A stretch of DNA of 62,140 bases, counting the filler, from Choristocarpus tenellus KU-1152 (taxonomy: Eukaryota; Protista; Phaeophyceae): the NCBI GenBank assembly GCA_964200185.2. It is 10 parts of 10 records of this genome, joined end to end, with 100 filler letters (N's around TTAATTAATTAA, not from the genome) between each part and the next. Parts side by side here need not be neighbours in the genome. Positions count along the whole stretch, not along the records: positions 1 to 5,756 come from CAXNAD020009835.1; positions 5,857 to 11,652 come from CAXNAD020009732.1; positions 11,753 to 17,640 come from CAXNAD020009499.1; 7 more parts are not named here. The stretch is one strand, 5' to 3'. Both the position numbers and the translations under genes were made by a program. Position 1 is the first letter of the stretch. Every line of letters starts with the position of its first letter. Under the pieces are notes generated by a model. It made no database searches and was not told the DNA's origin. It worked only from the letters and a program-made list of their open reading frames with translations. Shown here piece after piece: positions 1-11,753 of this stretch.

Positions 1-22
1 GTTAGGATCAACCGGCTGTCAC

Positions 23-3000
23 CTGCAGAGTAGCCCCATTTATCGGCATATTGCGCAGATTCACCCGCCAAGCGGCATGTTGACACCTACCAGGTGCCCC
101 CCCTCGCCCTCCTTCATGGAGCATCTCCTCCTCCCCTCCAGAGTCGCTTTCTTTCTCTCCAACACTGCCTTCTACTTCAAGACATCCCTCCTTGCTGGCG
201 CCCGCTGTACTACTTCTCATTTTCGCAGCCCTCTTCTCCTCCTCAAGGGAGGCCGTGAGCTTAGCTGACCTACTCGTGAACACAAACATCATCGTTGGAC
301 ACAAACACGGTACACGGTAAATTTTTGTGTCAAAGCTATGTTGTGTTCTTAACTTGGAAATGAGGACGGAGAATCGACCCTTACGTCATAGGAGCCCCCG
401 GGATCCAAAGAATTTAAGCCGGTAGGATCATCTTACATGTGGAGAACATATCAACGACCTTTGGTCCTATAAAACCATGCAAGGATTTTTTTCGTCCAAG
501 AAGCATGCTGAAGTGGGTTGTATAGGGGCATCTGAGTTCTTGTATATGTATACAAGGTTGCAATGAGTCAAAGCACTTAAGAGGGTAGGGCCGCATCTGT
601 TCAGAGTCCAAAATCCAATATTGCGATTTTGATGAATATTTTGGCTATCTTGTTTGTTAAGCAAGTGTCAATAGCCTTGCTCCAGACAAAGCTTTCATAG
701 TCATATACTAGGTAACTGTCTTCACACAGAAAACCCCAAAAGGGCATAAATAACCTGTGGGAAGCCAAGCCCTGAACAGACAAACAGGGGCAAACTCCTA
801 CCCTTTGAAATGCTTTGGATCGGGGGTATGTGGACACTACCACATATGTGGACTCAAGCTATCTTCCCGAGTCTCATCGCTTGGTGGCCAATAGAATCCT
901 AGATAGGGGGGCGGTCATGCATCCATTGGGGGTCTGTGTAATGTTGTGGTGATTCCATCTCATATTAGTGAAGGTGTCAGGTGTAAGGGAAATTTCCTTC
1001 ATCTGAACACACCTTCCTTTTACATCCCCCTTGCCTAGACCAAATTCAAAGAGAAATTATTGGCAAAGCAGGCCCCAAACTGCGGTATCTTACAACAACC
1101 CATGAAAACCCCCAAATGGACCGTTTTCTAAATGCCCCTCCTGCCCCCCCGCCCCACCCCTTCTAGGATACTACGGGCCACCAAGGAGGTAGCAACTTTT
1201 TGCTGCCAACATGTGGAGAAACCGAGTGAAGAAGAAACGATCAAGAGTCAACGTATCTTAGAGGGTAGAGTCGTGTCCGTTTAGGGGCAGAATCCAATAC
1301 TGCGATTGTGATGTAAATTTGGCTATCGTGTTTGTTAGCAAGTGTCAATATCCTTGTTTCGAACACACCTTTTCGTAACGTATAAATTTTACCAACTCCG
1401 AAACTTTTCGGAACAGGAAATTGTCGTTAAAAAAAACATGGGAAGCCAAGCCCCAAACGGACAAACAGGGCCAGACTCGTCCCCTCTTAAGATACTTTCA
1501 TTCTCAACATTTCAGAGATCTACCTCTCTGCTTCGCCGTAACCACTCCCTAATCACAGAAGTGCTAGGAGTAATTTGTAGAATCAATAGGGTTGCAAATA
1601 TAGGGTGGGTTTCAGAGATTGAGGTTGAACTCAGTTTCCTTCCAACCGGTTCAATCAATTGCGGCTGTAGGTGTGTGAGTCCTAGCAAATGGTACGTGTA
1701 TGGTGCCCCTGCACTGCCAGCAAGAAAAACGAGTCAAAACATTTAAGAGGGTAGAAGTTTTGCCCTGTTCGTCCATTCGGGGCTTGGCTTCCCATGGGTT
1801 TTTTACACCCTTTTCCGGTTTTCTGCGTGAACACAGTTACCTGAAATGTATACGACTATGAAAGACATGTACGGAGTAAGGATATTGACACTTGCTTAAC
1901 AAACACAATAGCCAAAATATTCATCAAAATCGCAACATCAGATTTTGGACTCTGAACAGATGCGGCCCTACCCTCTTAAGTGCTTTGACTCATTGCAACC
2001 TTGTATACATATACAAGAACTCAGATGCCCCTATACAACCCACCCACTTCAGCATGCTTCTTGGACGAAAAAAATCCTTGCATGGTTTTTTATAGGACCA
2101 AAGGTCGTTGATATGTTCTCCACATGTAAGATGATGCATGCTGGGAATGCGCATTTGCAGATTAGACCACCTTCATACCATGCAAGCATTCTTTCAATCA
2201 CACCTCCATGTAGTTTCAAGGCACCACATCGACACTCACTGCAGTTAACTCATAAAAAAAAACTCTTCAATTAATTTCCCCAGAGTAGCTCTAAAGAGGT
2301 GCCGAAAATAAGTTGCCATCGCACCTCAGAAGCGGATACTCGGTGCTTTGTTCATCCCCACACCAGACGGCATCAGGAGGCGCGCAATTGGGAAACGTCA
2401 GGATGCAACTTCCCTTGGAGGGGCTGCCCTTTACCCCCCAAACGCGGATGTTTCCATCAGAGTACGAGACCAGTAAGAGAGGGTATGGCTCCAGAAAGGT
2501 CAGAGAGAGCACACTGCACGATGGGCCTGCAGTGGGAGTTGAAAAACAGAAAAAAAAAGTCCAGAGTCAAAGCACTTAAGAGGGTAGGGCCGCATCTGTT
2601 CGCGGGTCATAAATCCGATGTTGCGATTTTGATTAATAATTTGGCTATCGTTTTTGTTAGCAAGTGTCAATATCATTGCTCCAGACACGCCTTTCATGGT
2701 GGTATACATTTCAGGTAACTGTGTTCACACGGAAAACTGGAAAAGGAAAATATGTGTAACTATATAGCTAGAAAAAAAGTGGAAAAAAAAGTGGAAAAAT
2801 AAAAAATGTGTTATCCTTCACCTTCGTTGTGTTCAATCACATCATCCGGCCTCCCTGTGGAAAAGTTCCACAATTGAATTCCATCCTCAAGGGAACAGCT
2901 GCGCCGCAGGAGACCATCAAAGGGTGGAAAGAGAAACAGTGCGGGTAGGGACGTTTGATTGCGTATCCAAAGAGGAGTCCTCTGATCCTGAAGAGAGCAC

Positions 3001-5326
3001 TTGAAAGTCATCAACTGTTACACCTTCCAAGGGGGGTGGGGTGATCTGCCCCTCACACGCTCTCAGCAGTCGTCGGTCCACCTCTCACCTGCTAGCAGCC
3101 ACCAGGCCACTTGTGATGGAAAAGGCGACGTTGTTGACGTCGTCGCTAAAAATAGATCCGCCGCCTTCAAAGGTCGTGAGAACCACAGCTTTCTCGGGGT
3201 CCATCTCATCGTAGCACAACATCTCACCATCCTGACACACGGACGAAAGTATGACAGGCATCAGGATAAAGGGAAGCAAGCAGGGTAAGGAACAGAAAGA
3301 CTTAAGACTTCTTTCTCAGCTACACTGCAGCTTCAAGCGCTATCCGGACGAGAGTCTCCTGACCCATAGTGTCTCTGGGGGGGGGGGGGGTCTTGTGTCC
3401 TTTCGGGGCCTGTGTAACCACCTTGTGGTGATTTGTTTCGTTTTATGTTAGTGAAGGGGAGTTTGACCTAAGGGCAATTCCCATCATTGAACACACCATA
3501 CTCTTGTGTCCTCCTGCCCAGACCAAATCCGAAGAGAATATCACCAGCGAACTGGGATTCAAACTGGGGTATCCTACAACTTTGAATTTAACATGCCTCG
3601 TATGGACCACTTTGTCTATCTACATGGAATTACCGAGGTCTATGGCACAACCCCCCCCCCCCCGACAAAGGCAGGAAATATTTCCGTCGCAACTGATCTC
3701 AACTTATACGGTGGGTATCTACCTACTGAGAGTTCGATACAAATCAAGAGATCTTCCTAAACAACCGATCCTTACAATCAAGAGTTCTTCAATCAAGAGT
3801 TCTATACAAATCAAGAGTTCTTTTACTTCATTGCAGCTGCTTCCGGACTAAAAGAGAACCAGCCGAACCGACAGAGCAGACTAGTTTCAATCAAAATCTC
3901 GAAAGGTGGGCCCCAGCAACAACTTCAGCACGTGAGCCGGAGAGTAAGCAAGATATAACCAGGTTTTTGGTCGTTTTGCATTTATATTATAAGTCTGTTT
4001 TGTTTGTTTTTTTTGTACGGAAAATGAAGTTTCTAAGTTCGACTCAAGAGCCGTTTAAGGTCTCTGTTGTTTGAAACGTTTCCGAAAAAATCATCAGAAC
4101 ATAATATCCCATACATATTTGAAAATGAGTGGAAGTACCTTAAGAGGGTACGAGTTTTGCCCTATTTGTCTGTTTGGGATTTATTTGACTTCCCGTGTTT
4201 TTTTCTTAATGACATTTTATACCTACTCGGAAACGTTTCGGAGTAAGTAAAATGTATATACGTTATGAAAGGTATGTTCGGAATAAGAATATCGACATCT
4301 CTTATCAAACGTGATAGCCAAAATCACATAAAAAAAAATCACAACGTTGGATTTTGGTCCCCCCAAATGGACGCGGGGCGGCTCTTCTACCCTCTAAGAG
4401 ATACTTTTACTCTAAAAAATAAAAAATAAAAAATAAAAAAGTCGAATTTGCACGTTCTGGTCGACATCCTTTAAAGAGTCCAACTCAAACTCTGGGATAC
4501 CTGTCGTTTTACTTTGCCTCTGTTTTGTGTCACACAACTGAGTCGACAAAGTTTCTTAGGGTTAGGGTAGAGTCGCTTCCGTTCGGGGACCAAAATCCAA
4601 TGTTGTGATTTTTTGATGTGATTTTGGCCATCACGTTTGGAGTAGTTCACGCTCTCTGTTTTTCACATACGTTACTTCTACAATATCCCGACATCCACCA
4701 TTGGTGGGGGTTAAGGAACACTGCGTCATACTGGAATCATTCATCTGCTTTTGTCGCACCAGAATGATGGATTATGAGTTAGTGAAGCAGTGAAAAGGCG
4801 GTAGGTAGTGCGTAGGAAAACTTGTCAGTGGTGACCAATTTCACAATTTCTACCTGCGCGGACCACACGCGATAAGAGATGTCAATACTCTTATTCCGAA
4901 CACACCTTTTCATGACGTATATACATTTTACTTACTCCAAAACGTTTTTCCGAGCAGGTATAAAATGTCATTAAGAAAAAAACACAGGAAGTCAAATAAA
5001 AATCCCAAACAGACACAGACAGGGCAAAAATCGCACCCTCTTAAGAAAGACACTTTGACCCAACCAGAGCAAGACAAGCAGCACCACTCATCAAAATCCC
5101 TGTGAGATGGTAAGTACTACATACACCACATTTCCCCGGAGGTAGCATCACTAGAATCGAACACTCTCATGCCTGACAGGTCACAAGCACAGTCTTGTCT
5201 TGGTTGCAGTAGATGAGTCCCACTATCGCTCCCATCTGCGTGTCGAGTTCTTTCATTTTCGCACCGTTCCGGAAATTGTACACGACCACCTCACCCCGAG
5301 CATTGCCTAAGATAAACTTGCGCTCC
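23..5326 (-). CDS. WD40-repeat protein (tentatively WDR49/WDR64-like), partial multi-exon host gene
   Basis: Five exons join in consistent phase: 5326-5173 (ERKFILGNARGEVVVYNFRNGAKMKEL..KTVLVTCQ), 3231-3089 (DGEMLCYDE..VNNVAFS), 2898-2822 (EDGIQLWNFSTG), 2526-2325 (LTFLEPYPLLLVSYSDGNIRVWG), 269-~23. They have polypyrimidine-YAG acceptors, GT donors, one GC donor at 5172, and WD-repeat-like DG-x-I-x-x-W motifs. Both ends lie outside the contig. Confidence 0.8.
565..821 (+). mobile_element. MITE family A (~257 bp, Sola2-like termini)
   Basis: TIR GAGTCAAAGCACTTAAGAGGGTAG...CTACCCTTTGAAATGCTTTGGATC; ten similar copies in the window. Confidence 0.85.
886..1179 (+). mobile_element. MITE family C (~295 bp)
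   Basis: Inverted termini GGCCAATAGAATCCTAGA...TCTAGGATACTACGGGCC; internal similarity to 3361-3665. Confidence 0.7.
1245..1503 (+). mobile_element. MITE family A, 4-bp TSD TCAA/TCAA
   Basis: GAGTCAACGTATCTTAGAGGGTAG...CCCCTCTTAAGATACTTTCATTC flanked by TCAA on both sides. Confidence 0.85.
1731..1991 (-). mobile_element. MITE family A
   Basis: GAGTCAAAACATTTAAGAGGGTAG...CTACCCTCTTAAGTGCTTTGACTC; opposite orientation to the 565 copy. Confidence 0.85.
2564..2747 (+). mobile_element. MITE family A, truncated
   Basis: One TIR plus ~180 bp of body, inside WD40 intron 2527-2821. Confidence 0.8.
3361..3665 (+). mobile_element. MITE family C
   Basis: Starts GACCCATAGTGTCTCTGGGGG; body similar to 886-1179 (TTAGTGAAGG..TGAACACACC..AGACCAAAT); C-run at right end. 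Confidence 0.65.
3740..3822 (+). repeat. Four irregularly spaced AATCAAGAG(T/A)TCT repeats
   Basis: Visible direct repeats. Confidence 0.7.
4127..4412 (-). mobile_element. MITE family A
   Basis: GAGTGGAAGTACCTTAAGAGGGTACG...CTACCCTCTAAGAGATACTTTTACTC. Confidence 0.8.
4540..5061 (+). mobile_element. MITE family A with ~230-bp internal insertion (4640-4870); TSD AACT/AACC
   Basis: Halves 4540-4639 and 4871-5061 reconstitute the family consensus; inverted relative to 4127-4412, with shared variants. Confidence 0.8.
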
Positions 5327-5664
5327 CTGAGCACCCAGCGCATAAGGGGAAGGGAAGGAATGAGTCAGGGATTCTCAAGCTTTTGGCCCACGGTATCCTA
5401 CCTGGCGGTGGGGTGGGTGGGGGAGTTAGGCATCCCATTCGTGGGCCTCTGTGGCCCTGTGGCGATCCTGTAGTGATTTTCATATCATCTGAGTGAATGT
5501 GTGAATCAGGTGCAAGAACAACTTCCTTCATCTGGATGCATCTTTTGCTTTTCCGCCTCCATGCTTGGGCCAATCTGAGGGAAATCACCCACTGAATGGG
5601 CATCAAACTTGGGTGTGTTTTACAATATAACCCATCAAGCCCTGAACAGATGACCTGTGCTAAA

Positions 5665-5756
5665 GGGTCAAAGTATCTGGGGGGGGGGGGGGGGGCGCTC
5701 GGGGGGGGGTCAATTTTTCCCGGGGGGGTTTTTGGGTTTTTTGGGTGGCAGGGAAA
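5665..5756 (-). mobile_element. MITE family B end, truncated at contig break
   Basis: GGGTCAAAGTATCTGGGGGG terminus as in 51711-51890. Confidence 0.7.
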
Positions 5757-5856
5757 NNNNNNNNNNNNNNNNNNNNNNNNNNNNNNNNNNNNNNNNNNNN
5801 TTAATTAATTAANNNNNNNNNNNNNNNNNNNNNNNNNNNNNNNNNNNNNNNNNNNN
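5757..5856. other. Artificial contig linker (N44-TTAATTAATTAA-N44); also at 11653-11752, 17641-17740, 23370-23469, 29049-29148, 36824-36923, 49240-49339, 52258-52357, 58967-59066
   Basis: The same 100-nt N-flanked six-frame stop cassette occurs nine times. Confidence 0.98.
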
Positions 5857-5935
5857 ACATATGTATATAGTTTTCATTGGTTTCCCCCTGACACATCTGC
5901 AAAATGTCAGAGGGCACAATAATATAATACTATCA
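5857..5935 (+). repeat. Hairpin repeat R2 (CCCCTGACACATCTGCAAAATGTCAGAGGGC), dispersed copy
   Basis: Matches the copies at 46045-46095 and, inverted, 46541-46608. Confidence 0.8.
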
Positions 5936-5954
5936 ATTATCCCGTTATCCAACA

Positions 5955-8900
5955 ATGGTTCAACAACTCAATGTTTCTCCCACAGAATCATATTTTACAC
6001 ATCAATTAAAAAAACATATTCTTAACAATGACACAGTCATCATATTGCAGATTAGGATCATTGAAAAAAATACTTTGGAAAGTGTAAAAGGCATTATCCA
6101 AGCCAACTATGTGAGTGTACTTTGCATGGCAACAAAACCCAGCAATGATATAGTAAACCGAGTGATGTCCTCTTCGAAAGAGAGAGGTACAAAAGTAAAT
6201 CTTTTGACCCGTTGTTTAGACAGTCTAAGCCAGTGCAAACCAATTGTGACTTTGGTAGCAAGAGATCTAGTAAGACAAGGGAAGCGATAATGTTAGCTGT
6301 AAGTGCTTTGTGTGTGATAGACATGGCCATATTGCTAGAAAATGTGAAGCTCAGAAAAAGAAATGGTACACTCTTCACAACTCTGCATCACACACTCACA
6401 CAGAATGCAGATCTAAGAAGGGCACTGACAAAGTAAAGGAGACTTCAGCTATGGTCAATCTTGTGTAGAGAGTGCATTTCAAAGCCTTGTATTTATCGGT
6501 GTGTCAGTAAATTTGTGGGATGGCATCACCAAGCACATCATAGATCCTACTACCCTTAAAAATTCCCAACTATTCTTTAAGGATGAAGAAGTACTTTAAA
6601 AAATCTTGCAAATCACTGCATAGAAATCTCAATCTAGTGTGCACAGAGACTGCCACACTGGTCAAATCAACACGAATGATGACCTAATGATAGCATTCAA
6701 GTTGACAGTGTTGTTGATCCCTGGTCTAGGCCAGAGTCTGTTCTCCCCAATTGTGTCAGGAAGTCTGGGATGGGAGACTGTATTCTCCAAAACCCGCTTC
6801 GTGTCTCATCCTTAAGTGGGGAAGGTCATGATATCCTGCACCGGAAGTGGTGGAGCTACTCAAGGTAGCCAAGGAGGAAAGGGCATGTAGCGATGGAGCT
6901 GGAGTCTGCCGCTGAACCCAAGGTGAAGACTTAATCATGTTAAGCCACATGAGACTTGGTCGACTTAACCTTGATACGAAATTGCTACTGAAAGATCGAG
7001 AGTCTGGTGTTCATTCTAACCCCAAAATCTCCTCACTCAATTGCAAAATCTGCAAGATGAATGAGAGTAAGTGGTCAGCAAGAAATAAACCCCTTACTAC
7101 AGACAAAATTACCAGAAGACTAGATCTTATTTATGTTGATTTTGCTGGTTCATTTACACCATGTATATACCAACAAGAGTTGTAAGTTTGTACATCAGCG
7201 ACCATTTATCTAAAGACGGTCTATTTTCTAAAGAGAAAGAACAAAGCGGCAGACACATTAAAACACTTCATCACTGGTAGCAGAAACCCATTCAGTTTGA
7301 AGAGTGGATGACTGTGCAGTGATAAAGGAGAAATCGCCAGATCTCTGTTCCAAGTGTTTTGTTCAAGTCAAGAGATTAAGCAAGAATTCACACCCCCATA
7401 TTCTCCCCACCAGAATGGAGTTGCAGAAAGAGAGTGACGTGTTTTATTTGATGTAGTAAGTTGTTTATTGGCAGATACGATGTTGCCAAAGAATTGTGGT
7501 CCGCATCTATGAGAACAGATGTGCATCTGAAGAACATTTCTCCTTCACCTGAGCAAAACATGGAAGGGGGTAGGAGTTTTGCCCTGTTTGTCCATTTGGG
7601 GCTTGGCTTGCCACAGGTTTTTATGCCTTTTTTCTGTTTCTGTGTGAACACAATTACCTAAAATGTATACAAATATTTAAAGGTGTGTCCGGAGCAAGGA
7701 TATTGACACTTGCTATCAAACACGGTAGCCAAAATTCACCAAAATTGCAACATTAGATTTATGATCCCAGACGGACACAGCCCTACCCTCTTACATGCTT
7801 TGGGTAATCTTTCTTGAATGGTCGGACACCATATTATGTTTGGAATAGTGTTGCTGCAAACCTCCACAACCTGTGTAGATTTGGCGCAGAAGCATATGCT
7901 CACACTTGGAAATTAGATTCTCTTGCTTGAGCAGGAAGGTTAGTTGGGTATAATGATAGTCCATCTCTTACCCCATATAGAGGCCAAAGACTGGCACTGT
8001 ATTAACATCTAGAAGTGTGACATTCAGTGAGCTTACAAAAGTGACATTACCTCATTAGATTTAAGTGAATGAGCCTTCACATCAAGGCATGCTGTAGAAG
8101 TTAAGGATCGCCATCCCGGATTTTCGATTGACTTGCTGTTGAGAGAACCAACAAATAATAAGCTTAACAATATGAGAAGTGCAACCATTCGAAATGAAAA
8201 CTCTCAAAATGAACTCTCCTCAAGCGGAAAGCGTAATGAGTCATTTGTAGAACACGAAACAAATCATAGTGCAATTGCTGAAAATAGTGCTGTTGAACCC
8301 AGTAGGCTTGCAATGTTGATAGACTATAATACCTCAGGACTAGGGTCAGCATGAGCTGTTCGTGAGAATAGTCCAGCCATTGAAATGGGAATTCAAACGC
8401 AGGTTTACCGCTCCCTGAAACGGAAATGTCACCCTACTGACATTGATAATCAACATATGAATTCTGGAATCTCTGGTTGCCCTTCCACTTACAATGATGT
8501 ATTGATCTCTCCATGGAAAGAAGAATGGTTGGAAGCAATGCAGAAAGAGATGAGTAGAACAAAACAACACAAAGGTTTTGACTAGACTAGGCACCCCCAA
8601 ACTGCAAAATTATTTCTTCTCAGTGGATTTTTAGAAGGAAACCCAATGGTAGTTACAAGGCTAGGTGGGTATCTGAGGGTGTGGCCAAGTGCCTGGAAAC
8701 GATTCCTCAAAAACATACAGTTCAGCCTGTACAATTCAGAGCATCAGACTATTGCTCATTATCGCAAACTAACCTTAACCCGTTAGAAAGTGGGAAGTCT
8801 CACATTTTGACCTCAACAGTGTGTTATTGCAAGCCCCCATGTTGCAAGGAGAAGAGCTATATGTAAGTCAAGCCCCAGGTTTCGTTGAATGAGATCATCT

Positions 8901-10056
8901 ATCTACTTAGGTCCAAGTTTGTAAGCTAACAAAAAGTCTTTGTGGTTTAAAACAATCTTTCAGAAATTGGAATACAGCATTCACACACACACTTGTGCAA
9001 TACCATTTCAAATCACTAGTGAGCAATCGAAGTATACGCATTTACAGAGATGGAAAGGATATAGTGATACTATCATTAGTGATACATTGTATGTTGATGG
9101 TGCATTAACCTTTGGGAGTTCTACATTACTAGTGGATCAAGACAAGAAATATCTCCTGGATAAGTTTCTAAGATCTTGGTAGAACCAAGTTAATATTGGG
9201 CATACAAGAATGTAAGATAATGTCACAGGCAAAATAACATTGTCTCAAGAGAAGTATGCTAACACAGTCTTATCTGGATAATGACATGGCTGCATGTAAA
9301 AGTATCACAACACCTGAAGACAACCGTGTAGTAGACAGAAAACTCGAAATAGTAGTAAGCTCGACAAAGCTGGAATTAAATGTTACCAAGAGATCATTAC
9401 AGCATCTACAAACTTGCACAAGATCAGATTTGGGATTTTCCATTTTACACTCACCTCAATCCATGAGTGAACTGACAAACCATAATTTTCCTGCCGCTAA
9501 AAGGGTCTTGAGATCCCTTAAAGGAACAACTGACTTATCCCTAACTTACAAGTGAGGTGATCTAAAAATTATTGGATTTTCTGATGCAGCATACGCTAAT
9601 AACATAAACTTGAGATCTACCAGTGGTTACACGTCTTCACTTGGAAATGCCGCTCTAGTCTGAAAGTCTAAGAAACAGGAATTAGTAGTCACTTCAATTG
9701 CCAAAGCAGAAGTAATTGCACTATGTGCTGCGGTGCAAGAGTCTGTTTACTGGAGGACTTCTTTACATTAAATTGATAACTCAATCAATAACCCAGCAAC
9801 TACAATGGTAGATAACAAGAGTGCCATACAGTTGGAAAATCATGGTTCATACAATGCCAGAATGAAACACATTTCCAGTAGACTAGACTACATGGCAGAC
9901 TTGGCTCAAAAGCAGGATAATGACATCCAACACGTTGCAAGTGAAAATCAGTATGCTGACAGTCTCACTAAACCCTTGCCCAAACCAGCATTTGAAAGAC
10001 ACAAACAGGTGTTAATGAATGATTCCAGTGCAAACACCACTGAGGTAAGCAAATGA
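5955..10056 (+). mobile_element. Decayed Ty1/Copia LTR retrotransposon (gag-PR-IN-RT-RNaseH)
   Basis: HMRLG..CKIC pre-integrase; LDLIYVDFAGSF; FTPPYSPPQNGVAER; WLEAMQKEM; LYVDG; TRSDLGFSI; AAKRVLRSLKGT; GFSDAAYAN; VDNKSAI; ENQYADSLTKPL. Integrase precedes RT; many stops and frameshifts. Confidence 0.92.
7551..7806 (-). mobile_element. MITE family A inserted in Copia integrase; TSD ACCT/ATCT
   Basis: Removing the element plus 4 bp restores the frame HLKNISPS(S)FLNGRTPY. Confidence 0.85.
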
Positions 10057-10249
10057 TTTACATGCTATCCAATGCTTGATCATTGATGAGGTAGTCCAAT
10101 GCCTTACTATTGAAGAGGTAAATCACATCACCATCAACTCACCTCTCAACAACTGCAATGGTACTGGAGTACACCTTGCCCTGCCTTAAACCCGGCTCTT
10201 CCTGTTTGCATTAACCAAGCCACCTCACCCTCTCCTGGAACCTATCCCT

Positions 10250-11600
10250 CCAGTTGGATTTGTCTGGACCATCCCAAAGTTCTGCTGCCTGCAAATACAA
10301 AGAGTGTATTTCCCCTCCTTGCTCCACCCCTTCGACCTCAAAGCTCATCAAACCTACCTCTTGCCATCCCATGCCAGATTCATGCTCCCCCTTAGTTTAT
10401 TCACAAACTTGCACTTATTATTCACTATATACCTTCTATTTCTGGAAACAAGCAATTCCAGTAGAACCTGGACCTCACCCTATCTTCTCTCTTTGTCGTT
10501 CATCCCAATCCAGCCCTCCTTTTCAACCCCATTTCTTCCTGTGGCAGGATTCCTGGTTCCATCAACGACAGGGAACTGCTTGCTTAACAAGTCTTAACCC
10601 TGCTTAAGCAATGGGGGGGAGTATGCATCGTGTCCTCTGATGCTGGGTGGGGAACTGGCAAACAGTTCAGCATTCCATCCATTCTCTGCAACCCCAGAAT
10701 AATCCTAAAGATCAAACGTCTCCAGCTTTTTGTGTGTACGCTCCCAGTGAAGGGAGCTAGACAAAACTTGTTCCTCCTCATGTAATATTCCATCTCTGCT
10801 ACCTACACACTCAATGGCATTAAAAGGTCATCTACGCGTTCACCACATGATACCTTTGCCCAAATAATTCTGAAACTGCAACAAAATCCCTACCAATTCC
10901 ACCTGCATCCTGAAATGCGCCGACAAATAAATTTTCACTGCCGTCTCTCCTCTATGTTCATCTTCACGCGCGTGAATATTTAGTCATCTTCCAACTCGTC
11001 TTCTAAATCAACGACTCGCGTATTCCCACACTAACCCTGGCATAACTCCAAAGCATTTCTCTTTGCTTACTTTTGGTAAGCGTGCTCGATATATACCTAC
11101 CCCACCTAAATACAAGAACATAAGGAAATCGTGGAGCCAACCATAACCTTCCCATATACTTAAGGAATTGTTGCCAACGTCACTAGCTCCCTCAAATCCA
11201 AACTTCCTCCGCTTCTGTTACCTTCATACCTTCTTCCAATCCTCTCATCACACATCCCATTCCCACACCCATACCTTCACATGATCCGTCCCCCAAACAA
11301 ATCATGTCTCCAATGTTTGAAATATGACAACTTGATCACACTGGACATTTGGTGTAGGACATCATTGTGGTGTCCATTCTCTCAGTCATACTAAGCCTAC
11401 CCTCCTGTACTGTCTGTACCTGATTATTCACATCCACCACCAGGTCTCGTATCTTCTTCGCCTGTTCTCAATCTCCTGCCACGTATCGGCGCGATCACTG
11501 CCAACAGAGGTTTTCTTTCCGCTACTTGTCCCCTAATGAAACCTCTCCCATTCGCGCTCTAACCTATCCATGTTTCATGACTACATTAGCATAATCGATT
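10250..11600 (-). mobile_element. Highly degenerate Copia-like pol remnant
   Basis: Minus-strand purine-rich remnant with a VDDLL-like motif (~10820-10840) and MEYYM; weak. Confidence 0.4.
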
Positions 11601-11607
11601 CACCTGA

Positions 11608-11652
11608 GACCCAAAGTATCTGGGCGCGCGCGTGGGGGTGGGGGGTCTACAC
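11608..11652 (+). mobile_element. MITE family B left end, truncated
   Basis: GACCCAAAGTATCTGGG...GTCTACAC matches the 51711 copy. Confidence 0.75.
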
Positions 11653-11753
11653 NNNNNNNNNNNNNNNNNNNNNNNNNNNNNNNNNNNNNNNNNNNNTTAA
11701 TTAATTAANNNNNNNNNNNNNNNNNNNNNNNNNNNNNNNNNNNNNNNNNNNNG

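Larger units (their letters stand above)
427..2135. repeat. Long inverted repeat: 427-~672 versus ~1884-2135, near identical (MITE A end plus ~140 bp flank)
   Basis: Direct reverse-complement match; the ORF track gives almost identical peptides on opposite strands (MDSEQMRPYPLKCFDSLQPC...). Confidence 0.9.

Noticed and set aside
7551-7806. MITEs acting as introners
   Set aside because: The ends do not supply GT/GC...AG boundaries, and copies lie inside existing introns or dead retroelements rather than splitting host exons.
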